64,000 bases of DNA from Parvibaculales bacterium (GCA_049889415.1 JBMHDL010000008.1:12372-76371); one strand, 5' to 3'. Numbered from the stretch's first letter, positions 39,221 through 49,434 are shown. Numbers and translations: made by a program. The notes: generated by a model not told the origin, from the sequence alone.

Positions 39221-40554
39221 TGCGCCCAAAGCTCTTCGCACTGGTTGACTGCAATAATTTTTATGCCTCCTGCGAGCGTGTCTTTGACCCGAGCCTGCGC
39301 GACAAACCCGTTGTGGTGCTGTCCAATAATGATGGCTGCGTGATTGCCCGCTCAAATGAAGCCAAAGCCCTCGGCATTGAAATGGGGGCACCGTTTTTCA
39401 AAGTCTGTGACCAGATCAGGCGCCAGAACATCATTGTACGTTCCAGCAATTATGCGCTTTACGGTGACATGAGCGCTCGTGTAATGAGCGTTCTGGGCGG
39501 CTTTGCACCGCAGTCCGAAATCTACAGCATTGATGAATGTTTCCTCGACTTCACCGGCACGGCAGCGGCGATTTCCGACCTCGCCGCCTATTGCCGCAAC
39601 ATGCGGCGGGTGGTGCATCAATATACCGGCATTCCGGTATCCATCGGCATCGGCAGCAGTAAGACACTGGCTAAAATCGCCAATCGTGTGGCAAAGAAAC
39701 AGCCGCACTATGACGGTGCATATCAGTTGTGCGATGCCGAAAGCAATGCGGTGCTGACGGCGACGGAAATCGGTGATGTCTGGGGTATCGGCCGGCGGTG
39801 GGCCAGAATGCTGAAAGGACGCGGCATCATGACGGCGCGGGATTTACGGGATGCCGAAGATGGCTGGGTGCGGCGCAAAATGGGCGTTGTCGGTTTGCGG
39901 ACGGTGCGTGAATTGCGCGGTGAAAGTTGCCTTTCACTGGAATTGGCCGCGCCTGACAAGCAGAGCATCTGCTGTTCACGCAGTTTCGGCAAGCCAGTCT
40001 CACAGGCCACTGAGCTTGACAGCCGGCTGGCGAGCTTTGCTGCCCGCGCCGGCGAAAAACTGCGGCGCGCCGATCTGCTGGCCGATGCCCTGACCGTTTT
40101 CATCCGCACCAACAGATTCAAAAAAGACGCCCCCTATTACAGCAATGCCGCCAGCTTCCGGTTTCTGGAAATGACCAACCACACACGCGACATTCAGCGC
40201 GCAGCGGCGGATTTGCTGCGGCGGCTTTACCGTAACGGCTATGCCTACAAAAAGGCCGGCGTGCTGTTGACCGGATTGCGCCCGCGCGCCGAGGTAACGG
40301 ACAGGCTGCAGACGCGGCCGCAAACCCTGTTCAGTCACCATGAGGCACAGGCGGATCTGGCGGCGGCGGCCAAACGCGCCCGTGACACCCGCTTGATGCA
40401 GGCGGTCGATGCCGTCAATCAACGCTTTGGCGAAAAAGGCGGCCGCATGCTGGCCTTCGGGCAGACGCGGCGGCCAACCAACTGGTATATGACGCAGGCG
40501 CATTTGTCGCCGCGCTACACCACGCGGTGGGAGGAACTGAAAACCGTAGACTAA
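39220..40554 (+). CDS. umuC: Y-family DNA polymerase V catalytic subunit UmuC-like
   Basis: [20 protein letters not shown] ... YSIDECFLD ... [18 protein letters not shown] overlaps the umuD stop (GTGATG). Confidence 0.9.
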   Translation: MRPKLFALVDCNNFYASCERVFDPSLRDKPVVVLSNNDGCVIARSNEAKALGIEMGAPFFKVCDQIRRQNIIVRSSNYALYGDMSARVMSVLGGFAPQSEIYSIDECFLDFTGTAAAISDLAAYCRNMRRVVHQYTGIPVSIGIGSSKTLAKIANRVAKKQPHYDGAYQLCDAESNAVLTATEIGDVWGIGRRWARMLKGRGIMTARDLRDAEDGWVRRKMGVVGLRTVRELRGESCLSLELAAPDKQSICCSRSFGKPVSQATELDSRLASFAARAGEKLRRADLLADALTVFIRTNRFKKDAPYYSNAASFRFLEMTNHTRDIQRAAADLLRRLYRNGYAYKKAGVLLTGLRPRAEVTDRLQTRPQTLFSHHEAQADLAAAAKRARDTRLMQAVDAVNQRFGEKGGRMLAFGQTRRPTNWYMTQAHLSPRYTTRWEELKTVD

Positions 40555-42044
40555 CCCTTGCGGAGTTTTGCAGCGCGTTTGCGTTCGGCGCTGGTTGGCA
40601 GGTTCATGGCTTCGCGGTATTTGGCGACCGTGCGCCTGGCGATGTCCATACCCTCATCCTTCAAGACCCGTGCGATGGCCTCATCCGACAGAACCTTCTT
40701 GGCGCCCTGCTCCAGCTCGGTGTCGATCAGCTCACGGATGCGGGCGCGCACCGCTTCCGCCGAATGCGCCTCGCCGCCATCGGCACTGGCGATGGCGGAC
40801 GTGAAAAAATAGCGCATCTCAAAAACGCCTCTGGGGGTCTGTACCAGCTTGTTGGCGACAACCCGGCTGACTGTACTTTCATGCATGTCCAGCTCATCGG
40901 CCACATCACGCATGATCATCGGCTTCAAGCCGGAAATGCCCTGTGCAAAGAAGGCCTGTTGGCGCCGGCAAATCTCGCGGGCCACCTGCAGCATGCTGGC
41001 TGCACGTTGGTTCATGGCGCGTACCAGCCATTGCCCGCTCTGATAGGAGTCCTGCAAATATTTGCGGTCCTGTTTGGACATTTTCCGGTCGGCCAGCTCC
41101 TGCCAGTAGCCGCTTAACACGACAATACGCGGCAGGGTCTCCTCGTTCAGCTCAATCCTGTAGCCCAGCTCCTGGCGGTCATCTTCCGTGATGATGATTT
41201 CCGGCGGACGGGCCTGAAAGACATCCTTTTCAAACAGACGCGCCGGATGCGGATCGAGTGCCCGCAGATCATGAATCATCCTGTCAAGCTCCGCCGGCCT
41301 TACATTACACAACCGGGCAAGCTTACCCAGCTCACCACGCATAATCATTTCCATATTGGACAGCATGGCTTCATGAGCCGGTGTCCACAGTCCCTTCACA
41401 CGCAGCTGAAGCCCCAGACAGTCAGTCAGGGAACGGGCAAACACGCCGGCCGGGGTCAACAGACGGCATTGCGCCAAAGCATATTCCAGCGTTTTGTCAT
41501 CAACACCAAGCGCACTCATCAGCTCCCCGTCGTCCTCACGCAGATAGCCTTCCTCATCAAGCCATTCCACCAGTGCCAGACAAACCGGCTTGATGCGGAC
41601 ATCGCTGATGTCCTGATGGATCTGCTGGCGCAGGGTCTCGCGCAGACCCAACTGTTCGGAAACCACCTGTTCAATGACCGCCCCGGGATCCTGTTCGGCC
41701 TTTGCCCCAAGCCCTGTTTCCTCGATGTCCCAGCGATTCTCATAATCCGTATCAGAGCCCGTCCCAAGCATTTCCCCACGGCGCATCTGCTCATCCATTG
41801 CCGACGGAGTCTCACCTCCCCCCGGCTCAGATGGAATGTCATCGGGCATATCGCCGTCCGATGCAATGGCTATGTCATCTGAGCCGCGCTCGCGTTCCAA
41901 GAGCGGGTTTTTCTCGACCTCATCAATGATTTTTTTCTCAAGCTCAAGATTATTGAGTTGCAGCAGCCGAATGGCCAGCTGAAGCTGAGGCGTCATGACC
42001 AGACTTTGGGATTGTTTCAAATTAAGCTGTGGTTGAAGCTTCAT
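40551..42044 (-). CDS. rpoN: RNA polymerase sigma-54 factor
   Basis: [30 protein letters not shown] (region I) ... the RpoN box [10 protein letters not shown] near the C-terminus. Confidence 0.95.
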   Translation of the reverse strand: MKLQPQLNLKQSQSLVMTPQLQLAIRLLQLNNLELEKKIIDEVEKNPLLERERGSDDIAIASDGDMPDDIPSEPGGGETPSAMDEQMRRGEMLGTGSDTDYENRWDIEETGLGAKAEQDPGAVIEQVVSEQLGLRETLRQQIHQDISDVRIKPVCLALVEWLDEEGYLREDDGELMSALGVDDKTLEYALAQCRLLTPAGVFARSLTDCLGLQLRVKGLWTPAHEAMLSNMEMIMRGELGKLARLCNVRPAELDRMIHDLRALDPHPARLFEKDVFQARPPEIIITEDDRQELGYRIELNEETLPRIVVLSGYWQELADRKMSKQDRKYLQDSYQSGQWLVRAMNQRAASMLQVAREICRRQQAFFAQGISGLKPMIMRDVADELDMHESTVSRVVANKLVQTPRGVFEMRYFFTSAIASADGGEAHSAEAVRARIRELIDTELEQGAKKVLSDEAIARVLKDEGMDIARRTVAKYREAMNLPTSAERKRAAKLRKG

Positions 42045-43765
42045 TGCGTCTCCTCCACATGGCTTTGACCCGAAATGCTCAGATAATGGCTGAAAATCGC
42101 TCCCTCAGTCACCACGCCCAAAAAATGTCCCTCTTCATCCACAACAGGCAGGCTTTCCCCAATAAAATCAGACAACACCGTCATCGCGTCAAGAACAGAG
42201 AGGCTGCCAAGCAAAAAATTTTCCGCCTCAAAAGTTCGATCCCGCTCAGACTGCCGTAAAAGCCCCGATAGCGTGACCTTCCCCGTCAGATTACCATGCT
42301 TGTCCAGAACATACCCGTCAGAATAGCCGCTCTGGAGCAATCTGGAAACCATCTCGTCCCGCTCCTGACCAACCGTCAAACGGCAATACTCATGCATAAC
42401 CAGGGACATAACGGGGGTTTGGGAAAGTTTGTAATCCCCTCTGCTCAAAGACATGTCGTGGCCCCTTGCCAGCAATTTGCGGTCAAAGAGGGAGCGCCCG
42501 AACAGCCGTGATGAGACAAGACTAGAAAACACCACGGACACCGTCACTCCGATTGTCGTGGCGTAATCCCCGGTCAGTTCAAGAACAATCAGAATTGTAC
42601 TGATCGGCGCACCAATCGTGGAGGATATCACGGCCCCCATGCCGGCCAGGGCAAACAAACCGATGGTTTCAGGCGCAACAAAATAAGACATCACACCCAA
42701 TTGCCCCATAAGGGCGCCGAACATCACACCAATGAACAGGGCCGGAGCAAAAACGCCGGCATAAAAGCCCAAGGCAATTGAAAAGGCGGCCAAAACCAGC
42801 TTCCCAAGGCAAAGAACAGCCAGTACGAGCAGATCAACTTCACCGGCAATCGCCAAATGCATGATATCCATATTGGTGCCAAGTATCTGCGGGGCAAACA
42901 TACCTGCACACAGCAACACGACCGCCCCGGCAAAAGGCAGACCCCAAAGCGGCAACCCCATCCTAGGTACGGCAAGTTCAGAACTCAGGCACACGCGCAT
43001 AAACAAACTTGCCAAAACCCCGCCACCCAAACCAACAAGGCAGAGCAGCATCACAGATGAGGGCGTTGCAACCGCAAGGTTAATTGCAGGCAAAAATGGG
43101 GGCGTAGGAAACAAGTTCTGCATAACGACATAGGCCATCACCGAAGCAACGGTGACAGGAGCAAATGTGCGCAATGAGAAATGACGTAACACCGCCTCGT
43201 GAACAAACAAAACCGCAGCTATCGGTGCCCCAAAGGCCGCGGAAATGGCTCCAGCGACTCCACACGCCAACAGGGTTTCAGATGCATTGCGGGGCAGATT
43301 GCCCAGCTTTGATACTACAGATGCCAAGGTGGCGCCCAAATGTACCAGCGGTCCATACTGACCGACCGGAGCCCCCCCGGCAATGGACAGGCTGGCAACC
43401 AGTGAGGACAGCAGCCCGTCCTTGACGTCGACTTGTGCATCGGGGCGTCTGGCCCCTTCAATGGTATCGGCAACGCCGTGAAACCGTTGCAGCTTACCGG
43501 CAAAAACAACTGCTGAAATCAGACATGCGACTAGGAACAACATCACAGCCAGCATGCCCGCCCCCTGCAGACCAATAAACCCAAGTTCCTGAGTTGTTCG
43601 AATATCGCCGCTGAAGCTTGAGATACGCGCATTGAAAAACCCGATCAGGGTTTTGAACCCCAATGCCGCAAACGCACCGGCAACCCCCATCACCACTGAT
43701 AAAATCAGATAAAGGCTGTTGGAAGCTTTTTTTTCCTGTGTCTTAAAAGTAACGCCGGTCGGCAT
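42041..43765 (-). CDS. ClC-family chloride channel/antiporter with C-terminal CBS pair
   Basis: GGAPVGQYGP (GxEGP-like), GAPIAAVLF ... GAPISTILIVLELT (selectivity-filter segments), then tandem CBS-like domains. The stop overlaps the rpoN start by 4 nt. Confidence 0.9.
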   Translation of the reverse strand: MPTGVTFKTQEKKASNSLYLILSVVMGVAGAFAALGFKTLIGFFNARISSFSGDIRTTQELGFIGLQGAGMLAVMLFLVACLISAVVFAGKLQRFHGVADTIEGARRPDAQVDVKDGLLSSLVASLSIAGGAPVGQYGPLVHLGATLASVVSKLGNLPRNASETLLACGVAGAISAAFGAPIAAVLFVHEAVLRHFSLRTFAPVTVASVMAYVVMQNLFPTPPFLPAINLAVATPSSVMLLCLVGLGGGVLASLFMRVCLSSELAVPRMGLPLWGLPFAGAVVLLCAGMFAPQILGTNMDIMHLAIAGEVDLLVLAVLCLGKLVLAAFSIALGFYAGVFAPALFIGVMFGALMGQLGVMSYFVAPETIGLFALAGMGAVISSTIGAPISTILIVLELTGDYATTIGVTVSVVFSSLVSSRLFGRSLFDRKLLARGHDMSLSRGDYKLSQTPVMSLVMHEYCRLTVGQERDEMVSRLLQSGYSDGYVLDKHGNLTGKVTLSGLLRQSERDRTFEAENFLLGSLSVLDAMTVLSDFIGESLPVVDEEGHFLGVVTEGAIFSHYLSISGQSHVEETQ

Positions 43766-43856
43766 GCATCAAGCCTCATTTCAGAGTTCAACCTTACAGA
43801 AAACAGGGCATGAAACCAGCTTTTTCCCGCGCTTGGCCATAATGGCCTATTGCGGC

Positions 43857-44579
43857 CTATTGCGGAATGGGTGTCGGAGACAGAAAAATCAGCTCTCCGC
43901 CCGGCAGCGTCCAATGCGGACTGCGCCCGACCAGCGACTCCAGATGCACAAGACTGTCATCATAATGATTCAAGGGGACATCATAGGGCGCAGGACCAAT
44001 TGCGCCATCGGCTGTAATGATGCGCGCTTCATGATAGGCGGTCTCCTGAGCAACGCTCACGCCAGATGTCGTGTTTTTCAGCTCAATGCCACCGTAACAG
44101 CAGCAGCTATATGTCCGCTTCAGGTCTGGCTGAACCTCGACATAATGACCTGTACCGCGAATGCCGATTGTCGCATGGGGTGTCTCAACCCGGCGATTGC
44201 CAGCTTTGGGGGTAAAAACACTATGCACCGCCCCCAACGCAATTTTAAACCCAGAAAACCGGTTCTCGCCATCAATTTCAAAATCAATTTCGGTACCCGG
44301 CGACAACAGGAAAACATTACTCCCAATCGCGGCAATAGCGGCATCTTTGCCAGTCACCAGCTTAAAGGGTTTTTCAGCCAGAATTGCCTCACCAGACACG
44401 CGCTTGCCGTCAGCTTTGGCAGAGCCGGCGATCAGGCGCGCCTTGTCACCGTGCCCGTCAGCCAGAACCTGAGAGGCCATCAGGGCCGTTGAAAGACCTG
44501 CCAGAATAAAATGTCGACGGCTTAAGCCTGTACAGGAACACTGCCCCGTGGTTTCACCCTTTGACCATGACTCGGACAT
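43857..44579 (-). CDS. Tat-exported FecR-domain-like protein of unknown function
   Basis: Twin-arginine signal (SRRHFILAGLSTALMA). The central segment resembles a FecR beta-sandwich (LVTGKDAAIAAIGSNVFLLSPGTEIDF). Unusual YSCCCYGG cluster. Confidence 0.5.
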   Translation of the reverse strand: MSESWSKGETTGQCSCTGLSRRHFILAGLSTALMASQVLADGHGDKARLIAGSAKADGKRVSGEAILAEKPFKLVTGKDAAIAAIGSNVFLLSPGTEIDFEIDGENRFSGFKIALGAVHSVFTPKAGNRRVETPHATIGIRGTGHYVEVQPDLKRTYSCCCYGGIELKNTTSGVSVAQETAYHEARIITADGAIGPAPYDVPLNHYDDSLVHLESLVGRSPHWTLPGGELIFLSPTPIPQ

Positions 44580-44651
44580 AAAGAACTCCAATAAAACGCA
44601 AAATCAAATTAATGTTAATGCATCCAAGGCCTTATGAACATACTGGAAAGC

Positions 44652-44684
44652 AAAAAAAAACGGGGGTGCCGAAGCACCCCCGCC
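44652..44684 (-). terminator. Rho-independent terminator downstream of proteorhodopsin
   Basis: Minus sense: stem GGGGGTGC, loop TTCG, stem GCACCCCC, followed by T9 (plus-strand stem 44662-44681, A-run 44652-44660). Confidence 0.85.
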
Positions 44685-44707
44685 GTGAATGTGCGTTGTT
44701 GGAAAGC

Positions 44708-45472
44708 TTATGCAGATTCCTGCACAGCAACGTTCCAGATGATCAGACCAAAGGCGATCTTGTTCAGAACGTCTGCCAGGTTGTAGACAATGTTCAACGT
44801 GTCCATGTCCACAGTACCGGCCATATAGCCCAGTGCGTAACCAAGCGGGTAGATGGCCCAGCCAATGGTCACAATCCAGCGCATTGTGTTGAATGCACTC
44901 TGGACAGTCGGGCTTGCGCTTTCTGCAGAGACTTTGCTGGCTTCACCGGCAAAGATTTCGTAAAGAACGATAAACCAAGCGATCATGCCCAGAACGAAAC
45001 CAGCGGTTGCGTTCATGTAGCCTGCTTCACCCAGGTAACCGAAGACCAGCATCAGTGTCGTAAAGATAATCAGACGCCAGAATACGCCGGCAGCAACGGC
45101 AGTGATAGCTGTCAGGATCAAGTAGAACTCAATCATCAGCAGCGGCACAGTCAGCAGCCAGTCAATATAACGATAAACGGTCGGTGTATCACCGGTTGTT
45201 ACCCATACATCACGCATGTAGAAGTAATGTACAGCAGCAATCAGTGTTACCAGACCTGAAACAGTCAGTGATGTTTTCCATTTTGATGACACACGGTCAC
45301 GCTCAATGAAGAAAAACACTGTCGCACCGACCAGAGCCATCGAAATCAGCCAGAAGCTGATGCCGACAAAATCATCTGGTGCCAGAGTTTCAGCAGCAGA
45401 AGCCATGTTTGGCACTGCTGTCAGGGCGAGAGCGCCCAAGGAAAGTTTAAGTGAATTGTAAAGTTTACGCAT
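44708..45472 (-). CDS. Proteorhodopsin, green-tuned proton pump (DTE motif, Leu at tuning site)
   Basis: Near-collinear with classical green proteorhodopsin as I recall it. RYIDWLLTVPLLMIEFYL carries the D97/T101/L105/E108 equivalents. HYFYM carries the H75 equivalent. NLADVLNKIAFGLIIW carries the Schiff-base Lys. Confidence 0.95.
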   Translation of the reverse strand: MRKLYNSLKLSLGALALTAVPNMASAAETLAPDDFVGISFWLISMALVGATVFFFIERDRVSSKWKTSLTVSGLVTLIAAVHYFYMRDVWVTTGDTPTVYRYIDWLLTVPLLMIEFYLILTAITAVAAGVFWRLIIFTTLMLVFGYLGEAGYMNATAGFVLGMIAWFIVLYEIFAGEASKVSAESASPTVQSAFNTMRWIVTIGWAIYPLGYALGYMAGTVDMDTLNIVYNLADVLNKIAFGLIIWNVAVQESA

Positions 45473-45766
45473 TTAAAATGCCTCCCTACGCAAAAAATCG
45501 ATTTAAATTACGCACGACTCCTAACCTAGTGCGACATTTTGTCATGACAAGCCCAAAACCTAAAAAAAAGCGGTTTTTTTTCAAAAAAATTCATCCCCGT
45601 CAAGGATCAACCAGCCTATGCGCGAAACCTCAAAAAACTCAGGAAATACAAGGCTTTTTAGAGATCAAAACATTTAAAATGACGTTTGAAGTAACGTTTA
45701 AAGTGACATTGGCTTGCCAAACAGATCAAACTTTCCATACTCTTGAGCACCAGACAGGAGAAAAGC

Positions 45767-46759
45767 ATGTCATTCACCCACCACAAAGCACTCATCAATA
45801 ACATCACCATGCACTATGTCGAACATGGTGACGGATTGCCGATCGTTCTTTGCCACGGTTTTCCGCATACCTGGTACAGTTGGAACCGCCAGATACAACC
45901 ATTGGTTGATGCCGGATGCCGGGTCATCGTCCCTGATATGCGGGGCATGGGGGAAACAGAAGCTCCGAAAGACATAAACGCCTATTCAGTCGACACAATC
46001 TGTCAGGACTTATTGGGACTTCTGGACCACCTTGGTCTCGAAAAAGCAGTGTTTTCTGGATTGGATTTCGGTGTTTTTGCCTGTTATGACCTGGCCCTCA
46101 GACATCCAGACAGGGTGATGGCGGTCATCGGGCTTGAAAACCCGGCCGCGCCGCATAATCCCGACATGTCGCCACTGGCGGAATATAAGGAAATGGGTAA
46201 AGACCATTTTCTGCACATTAATTACTTCTGCGAACAGGCTGAAGAGGCAGATGCCGACCTGCTGGCACGGGTTGACGTGTTTTTCTCGAGAGTGTTCTGG
46301 GCCCTGAGTGCCGGCGGGGATTATTTTGAAACCTTCAACTTTCCCAAAGGTACGCATTACATTGATGCCCTGTCCCCGGCACCGTCATTGCCCTGGGACT
46401 GGCTGTCCGCGGAAGACATGCAGGTTTTCATCGACAGCTACCGCGCTTCCGGCTTCAATGGAGGCCTGAACTGGTACCGTGCCATGGACCTGAAATGGGA
46501 AGAACGCAAATCAACCCATGATATGGTCAGCGACGTACCGGCTTATTTCCTCGGCAGCGAGCATGATGTTGATTTGAAGGGCTTTCACGGTGATGACCCG
46601 ATCAGCCTGATGAAACGCCAGTTCCCGGATTTGCGCAAAATCGAAATGGTGCCGGCCGCCGGTCATCTGGTGCAATTGGAGCGCTCCGCAGAGGTCAGCG
46701 CAGCCATGGTGCGCTTTATTGAAGACATCAAAGCCAATTTGACAGCCCAGCCAAACTGA
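45767..46759 (+). CDS. Alpha/beta hydrolase, epoxide-hydrolase-like
   Basis: HYVEHGDGLPIVLCHGFPHTWYSWNRQI (HGxP oxyanion plus WY) ... GLDFG nucleophile elbow ... AGHLVQLE. Confidence 0.85.
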   Translation: MSFTHHKALINNITMHYVEHGDGLPIVLCHGFPHTWYSWNRQIQPLVDAGCRVIVPDMRGMGETEAPKDINAYSVDTICQDLLGLLDHLGLEKAVFSGLDFGVFACYDLALRHPDRVMAVIGLENPAAPHNPDMSPLAEYKEMGKDHFLHINYFCEQAEEADADLLARVDVFFSRVFWALSAGGDYFETFNFPKGTHYIDALSPAPSLPWDWLSAEDMQVFIDSYRASGFNGGLNWYRAMDLKWEERKSTHDMVSDVPAYFLGSEHDVDLKGFHGDDPISLMKRQFPDLRKIEMVPAAGHLVQLERSAEVSAAMVRFIEDIKANLTAQPN

Positions 46760-46774
46760 GGCAGATGCAACCAA

Positions 46775-48466
46775 TCAGTCGTTGGATCCAGACATATGCC
46801 GTGCCGCGATATAGCCGAAGGTCAATGCCGGGCCGATGGTGACACCAGCGCCTGGATAACTTTCACCCATGGATGAAGCGGCATTGTTGCCGATGGCATA
46901 AAGTCCTTCTATCGGCTGATCATTCTCACCTATCACCTGGGCTTTATCATTGGTCACCATGCCACCATTGGTGCCAATGTCGCCTGGATAAATCGGCATG
47001 GCATAAAACGGACCGTTCTCAATCGGACGCAGACACGGATTGGGCTGGTTACGCGGGTCTCCATACATCTGGTCATAAGCCGCCGCACCTCTTTGGAAAT
47101 CGGGATCTTCCCCTTTTGCCGCGAATTCATTGAAACGCTGAACCGTTTCAGACAAAGCAGTAGGATCAATTTTGATTTTCTCGGCCAGCGCCTCAATCGA
47201 GCGAGCTTTTGATACAATCGAGCGGATATGACGGTTGTGCAACCATAATGGCATAAGGGGATAAAGCGGCCCCATGGCATAAAGATGCCGGTAGGTGTGA
47301 TCGAAAATCATATAGCTGGGTGAAGCATCCCCCTCCTCCAAGGCCCGTTTCGCCATGTCCTGTCCGGTCACATGATAGGATGCGGCCTCGTTCAGATAAC
47401 GCTTGCCCTTCTGGTTCACCATAATGCAACCAGGCAAAGCCCGCTCCACGGTAGACAAGCGTCCGCGATCTTCTCCGGGCACATGAAAAACCGGCGCCGC
47501 CCAGGTTGAGTGCATGTTCATGGTTTTGGCACCGATGGACATGCCGGCACGGATACTGTCGCCGGTATTGCTGGTGACACCGCCGGACAATACAGCCTGA
47601 GGATAGAGGGGGGCATTTTCACCGCGCATGTCACTGCTTTTGTCAAACCCGCCGGCTGCCAGTACCACACCCTTACGGGCTCTGATGCGCATTTCCTTGC
47701 CTTTATGCGTCACGACCGCGCCTGTTACCACATCACCATCCTTGACCAGATCTACCAAAGGTGTTTCGAGCCAGAGCGGAACATTTTTCTCTTTCAACGC
47801 CAGCCGCAGGCCGCCAGCCAGTGAATTCCCAAGCGTCAGGCGACGGTCTTTTCTGGAAGTCAGGCGGAAGGGCAGATCCAGCCAATATTTGGCCAGCATT
47901 TTGGTCAGCATCAGCCACCAACCCTTGGCCCGGTACAACAGGGCGTAAGTTTCGTCAAAATGCCAGTTTAAATAACCGAACAGGCTGGCGGCAGGATTGG
48001 CGAAACGCAATGTCCGCACATCACTGCCAAGTTTACGACCATCCATCGGCATCGGCATATGGGTACGAAAACCGGTCGGGGACCCGCCGGGGTTTTCGGC
48101 GTGATAATCCGGATAAGGGAAAGCCGCATAATTGATTTCCGTATGCTCGCCCATCCAGCGCAGCATGGGTGCGGCTTCATTGACATAGGCTCGGATGTTT
48201 TCATCCGGGACATTGTCCTTGGACAGCGCCCGCACATATGTGAACGCATCATCGAGATTATCTTCAAAACCGGCCTCGCGTGCCTGGTCACTCCCGGGGA
48301 TCCAGATACCGGCGCCTGACGTCGCAGACGAACCGCCCCACAACTCCGCCTTTTCAACAATCAGCACGTCATTGTTGTAATGCGCCGCAACCAGTGCATT
48401 CATCATGCCACCGGCCCCAGAGCCGACAACCAATACATCAACTTCTTTATCCCAATTGCTCTGCAT
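46775..48466 (-). CDS. FAD-dependent oxidoreductase, 3-ketosteroid-delta1-dehydrogenase/fumarate-reductase flavoprotein-like
   Basis: VDVLVVGSGAGGMMNAL ... EKAELWGGSSATSGAGIW ... the C-terminal GLYAIGNNAAS flavin-binding segment. GAGGAA RBS upstream. Confidence 0.8.
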   Translation of the reverse strand: MQSNWDKEVDVLVVGSGAGGMMNALVAAHYNNDVLIVEKAELWGGSSATSGAGIWIPGSDQAREAGFEDNLDDAFTYVRALSKDNVPDENIRAYVNEAAPMLRWMGEHTEINYAAFPYPDYHAENPGGSPTGFRTHMPMPMDGRKLGSDVRTLRFANPAASLFGYLNWHFDETYALLYRAKGWWLMLTKMLAKYWLDLPFRLTSRKDRRLTLGNSLAGGLRLALKEKNVPLWLETPLVDLVKDGDVVTGAVVTHKGKEMRIRARKGVVLAAGGFDKSSDMRGENAPLYPQAVLSGGVTSNTGDSIRAGMSIGAKTMNMHSTWAAPVFHVPGEDRGRLSTVERALPGCIMVNQKGKRYLNEAASYHVTGQDMAKRALEEGDASPSYMIFDHTYRHLYAMGPLYPLMPLWLHNRHIRSIVSKARSIEALAEKIKIDPTALSETVQRFNEFAAKGEDPDFQRGAAAYDQMYGDPRNQPNPCLRPIENGPFYAMPIYPGDIGTNGGMVTNDKAQVIGENDQPIEGLYAIGNNAASSMGESYPGAGVTIGPALTFGYIAARHMSGSND

Positions 48467-48634
48467 CTTACTTTTTCCTCGTCTACATATCGTCAAGCAG
48501 GTTGGCTCAACCTGCCTGTGTCATAACTATTGCAGGATATTGGTTGAAACTTCAGCCTGTTGTCAATGAGACTTAATGTACACCAATACCGCAAATTCGC
48601 ACGCTCTTCCAAATCCGGGATTTATTGAGCGCCT

Positions 48635-49414
48635 TCAAACTTTATCCTTCCCCTTACCCGCATGTGCGTTTGCTAGCAAGGCAAACTGGTCAAGATCCAT
48701 GAACGAAGCGGCCGCATTGAGTTGGGTGGCATGAGCGGTGATCGCCTGTTTGCTCATCCTGACCGGCAGAGCGGGCATAGCGAGAACTTTTTCGGCAATC
48801 TTTTTGGCTTCAGCAAGCGTTTCGCCCGGGCGGCAAATCCAATCAACCAGCCCCCAGGCCAATGCCGTTTCGGCCGGCACAGGATCACCCAATATGACAA
48901 GTTGTTTGGTACGCGCAGGGCCGATCAAGGCCGTCAGGCGCGGATTGGTCTGCCAACTCATATTCATTCCCAAAGACACCTCGGGCAGTCGGATATGGCA
49001 GTCCTCAGAGGCAGCCCGCCAGTCACAGGCTACGGCCAAAGCCAACCCACCACCAATACAAAAACCTTCCATCGCACAAATGGTCACCTGTTCCAAAGCT
49101 TCCCAGGCAGCGCACATATCCGGCCCGACCAAAAGGATCTGTCTTTGCTCTAGCGGGTCAAGATCTGTGATCTGCAGATTGGGGTCTGTAAGATCGGCAC
49201 CACTTGTGAAGACAGGGTCTCCACATAAAATGACGCAATGCGTTGATATATCCTGTTTCAGCCAAAGGGCGACATCGCGCAGACCTGTCATGGCATCCAG
49301 GGACAGCGGATTCTTGCAGCCGGCACGGCTTTGCCCCCTGGTCAGCGTCACAACCGCCAGGCCTTGTGCGACCGTTAGGGAAACACATTCAGGTAAAACA
49401 GGTAAATCCGTCAT
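48635..49414 (-). CDS. Enoyl-CoA hydratase/isomerase (crotonase) family protein
   Basis: FTSGADL ... CAMEGFCIGGGLALAVACD is the oxyanion-hole pattern. Confidence 0.8.
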   Translation of the reverse strand: MTDLPVLPECVSLTVAQGLAVVTLTRGQSRAGCKNPLSLDAMTGLRDVALWLKQDISTHCVILCGDPVFTSGADLTDPNLQITDLDPLEQRQILLVGPDMCAAWEALEQVTICAMEGFCIGGGLALAVACDWRAASEDCHIRLPEVSLGMNMSWQTNPRLTALIGPARTKQLVILGDPVPAETALAWGLVDWICRPGETLAEAKKIAEKVLAMPALPVRMSKQAITAHATQLNAAASFMDLDQFALLANAHAGKGKDKV

Positions 49415-49434
49415 ATTTGCAAAAGCCGGACCGC

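Noticed and set aside
40527-41117. 196-aa ORF antisense to rpoN
   Set aside because: Shadow ORF within a high-confidence gene.
44612-45259. 215-aa ORF antisense to proteorhodopsin
   Set aside because: Shadow ORF. The sense strand encodes a complete seven-helix rhodopsin with all key residues.
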